Positions 23,275-24,000 of a DNA stretch of 24,000 nt are shown piece by piece. The stretch comes from Rhodococcus sp. 06-462-5 (lineage in GTDB: Bacteria; Actinomycetota; Actinomycetes; Mycobacteriales; Mycobacteriaceae): positions 66,632 through 90,631 of the forward strand of contig NZ_NOYD01000028.1 of NCBI RefSeq assembly GCF_002258315.1, read 5' to 3'. Under the pieces are notes generated by a model, which saw nothing but the letters and a program-made list of their open reading frames with translations, was not told the DNA's origin and did not search any database. Each line of letters begins with the position of its first letter. Position 1 is the stretch's first letter. A program made the translations under genes and the position numbers.

Positions 23275-23949
23275 ATGGTGAGACAACTCAGAGCAGAAGC
23301 CACACGAGCGGCCGCACTGCGCGCTGCAGCAGATCTCTTTCTCGAGGTGGGGCACGCGAATGCCACGCTGAGTCAGGTGTCAGCGCAGTCCGGTGTGACC
23401 AAGGGTGCGCTGTACTTCCATTTCGCGTCCAAGGAAGAATTGGCCCGCGCGATCGTCGACGAAGGTCACGAGCGAGTGTCCACCGCGTGCGCAGGCCTGG
23501 TCGACAGCCGCAGCCCGGCTCTCGAGTCCGTCATCGGAATCTCGTATTCGGTACTCGAACTGGCGGCATCGGACCCCTTGGTTCGCGTCATGTACCGGCT
23601 GCAGATGGAGATCGACGGATCCGACACCGCCCGCGGCAGTGTGTTCGGCACCTGGGGAAACATCTTCGAGCATCTCTTCGAGCGAGCCATCGAGCACGGT
23701 GACGTCGCAGACCATCTCGACGCGGGCAACGCGGCGCTGCTGGTGTGCGAAATGCTCGCCGGCGTCCTGATGGTGTCCGAGGCGCAGTCGCGCCTCGAGG
23801 ATGCCCCATCACGCATGGAGAGGGTCTGGAACACGGTCCTTCCGTCGTTGGTGCCTGCCGACAAGCTCGCCTACTTCCGCGAATTCGCGGCCCGCAGTCT
23901 GTCCAGTTTCGTGCGCGAGAACATCACGTCGGGATCGGTCACCGTCTGA
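23275..23949 (+). CDS. TetR-family regulator, ScbR/ArpA (gamma-butyrolactone receptor)-like
   Basis: N-terminus QLRAEATRAAALRAAADLFLEVGHANATLSQVSAQSGVTKGALYFHFASKEELARAIV closely follows the ScbR/ArpA-family HTH signature (VTKGALYFHFASKE). Trp-containing helix FGTWGNIFEHLFERAIEHGDV. ATG 23275 (AGGGG upstream) or 23242. Confidence 0.85.
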   Translation: MVRQLRAEATRAAALRAAADLFLEVGHANATLSQVSAQSGVTKGALYFHFASKEELARAIVDEGHERVSTACAGLVDSRSPALESVIGISYSVLELAASDPLVRVMYRLQMEIDGSDTARGSVFGTWGNIFEHLFERAIEHGDVADHLDAGNAALLVCEMLAGVLMVSEAQSRLEDAPSRMERVWNTVLPSLVPADKLAYFREFAARSLSSFVRENITSGSVTV

Positions 23950-24000
23950 AAATGTCGTGATCTCGGAGTGCTTGCCGCACTCCGGACATCCGGGCACACT

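Noticed and set aside
23964-23984. Hairpin CGGAGTGC-TTGCC-GCACTCCG after the TetR stop, and the overlapping 62-aa minus ORF at 23809-23997.
   Set aside because: The hairpin lacks a T-tract and lies at the window edge, so terminator status is unclear. The minus ORF is an antisense shadow of the TetR gene.
19077-24000. Classical integrative element at tRNA-Ala (integrase, attL/attR).
   Set aside because: No integrase, recombinase or transposase ORF, and I found no direct repeat of the tRNA 3' end anywhere downstream in the window. Only compositional and positional hints of an island remain.

Overview
High-GC actinobacterial chromosome segment. Gene order and protein sequences look Corynebacteriales, Rhodococcus/Nocardia-like. 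The backbone is the conserved mycobacterial-type block mprA-mprB-pepD-moaB ... mscL-SAF-ruc-(5-FTHF cyclo-ligase)-galU-glp(moeA1)-rimJ-sepX/glpR-tRNA-Ala. It is preceded by a Tat-exported metallophosphoesterase, corA, a small secreted PASTA protein and a TRIC/UPF0126 channel. Two stretches look accessory. (i) About 4 kb lies between moaB and mscL, which from memory are direct convergent neighbours in M. tuberculosis. It carries a small acidic ORF, three MspA-family porin genes of two subtypes and a lipoprotein, with unusually long, AT-richer leaders. (ii) Downstream of tRNA-Ala(CGC) lie a GT2 / hexapeptide acetyltransferase / GT2 cassette, two translationally coupled GyrI-like effector-binding paralogs and a ScbR/ArpA-like TetR regulator, separated by visibly AT-rich spacers. 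Regulatory sites readable from the sequence are two MprA-box-like 8-3-8 direct repeats (upstream of mprA and pepD) and a near-consensus CIRCE/HrcA operator upstream of the ruc homolog. One structure is not explained by genes: a 57-nt structured repeat in two gap-free copies, each just after a stop codon, with conserved stems and variable loops. I saw no IS element, integrase, CRISPR array, rRNA or recognisable defence or toxin-antitoxin system. All similarity statements come from reading motifs by eye and from memory of family signatures; no database search was run.
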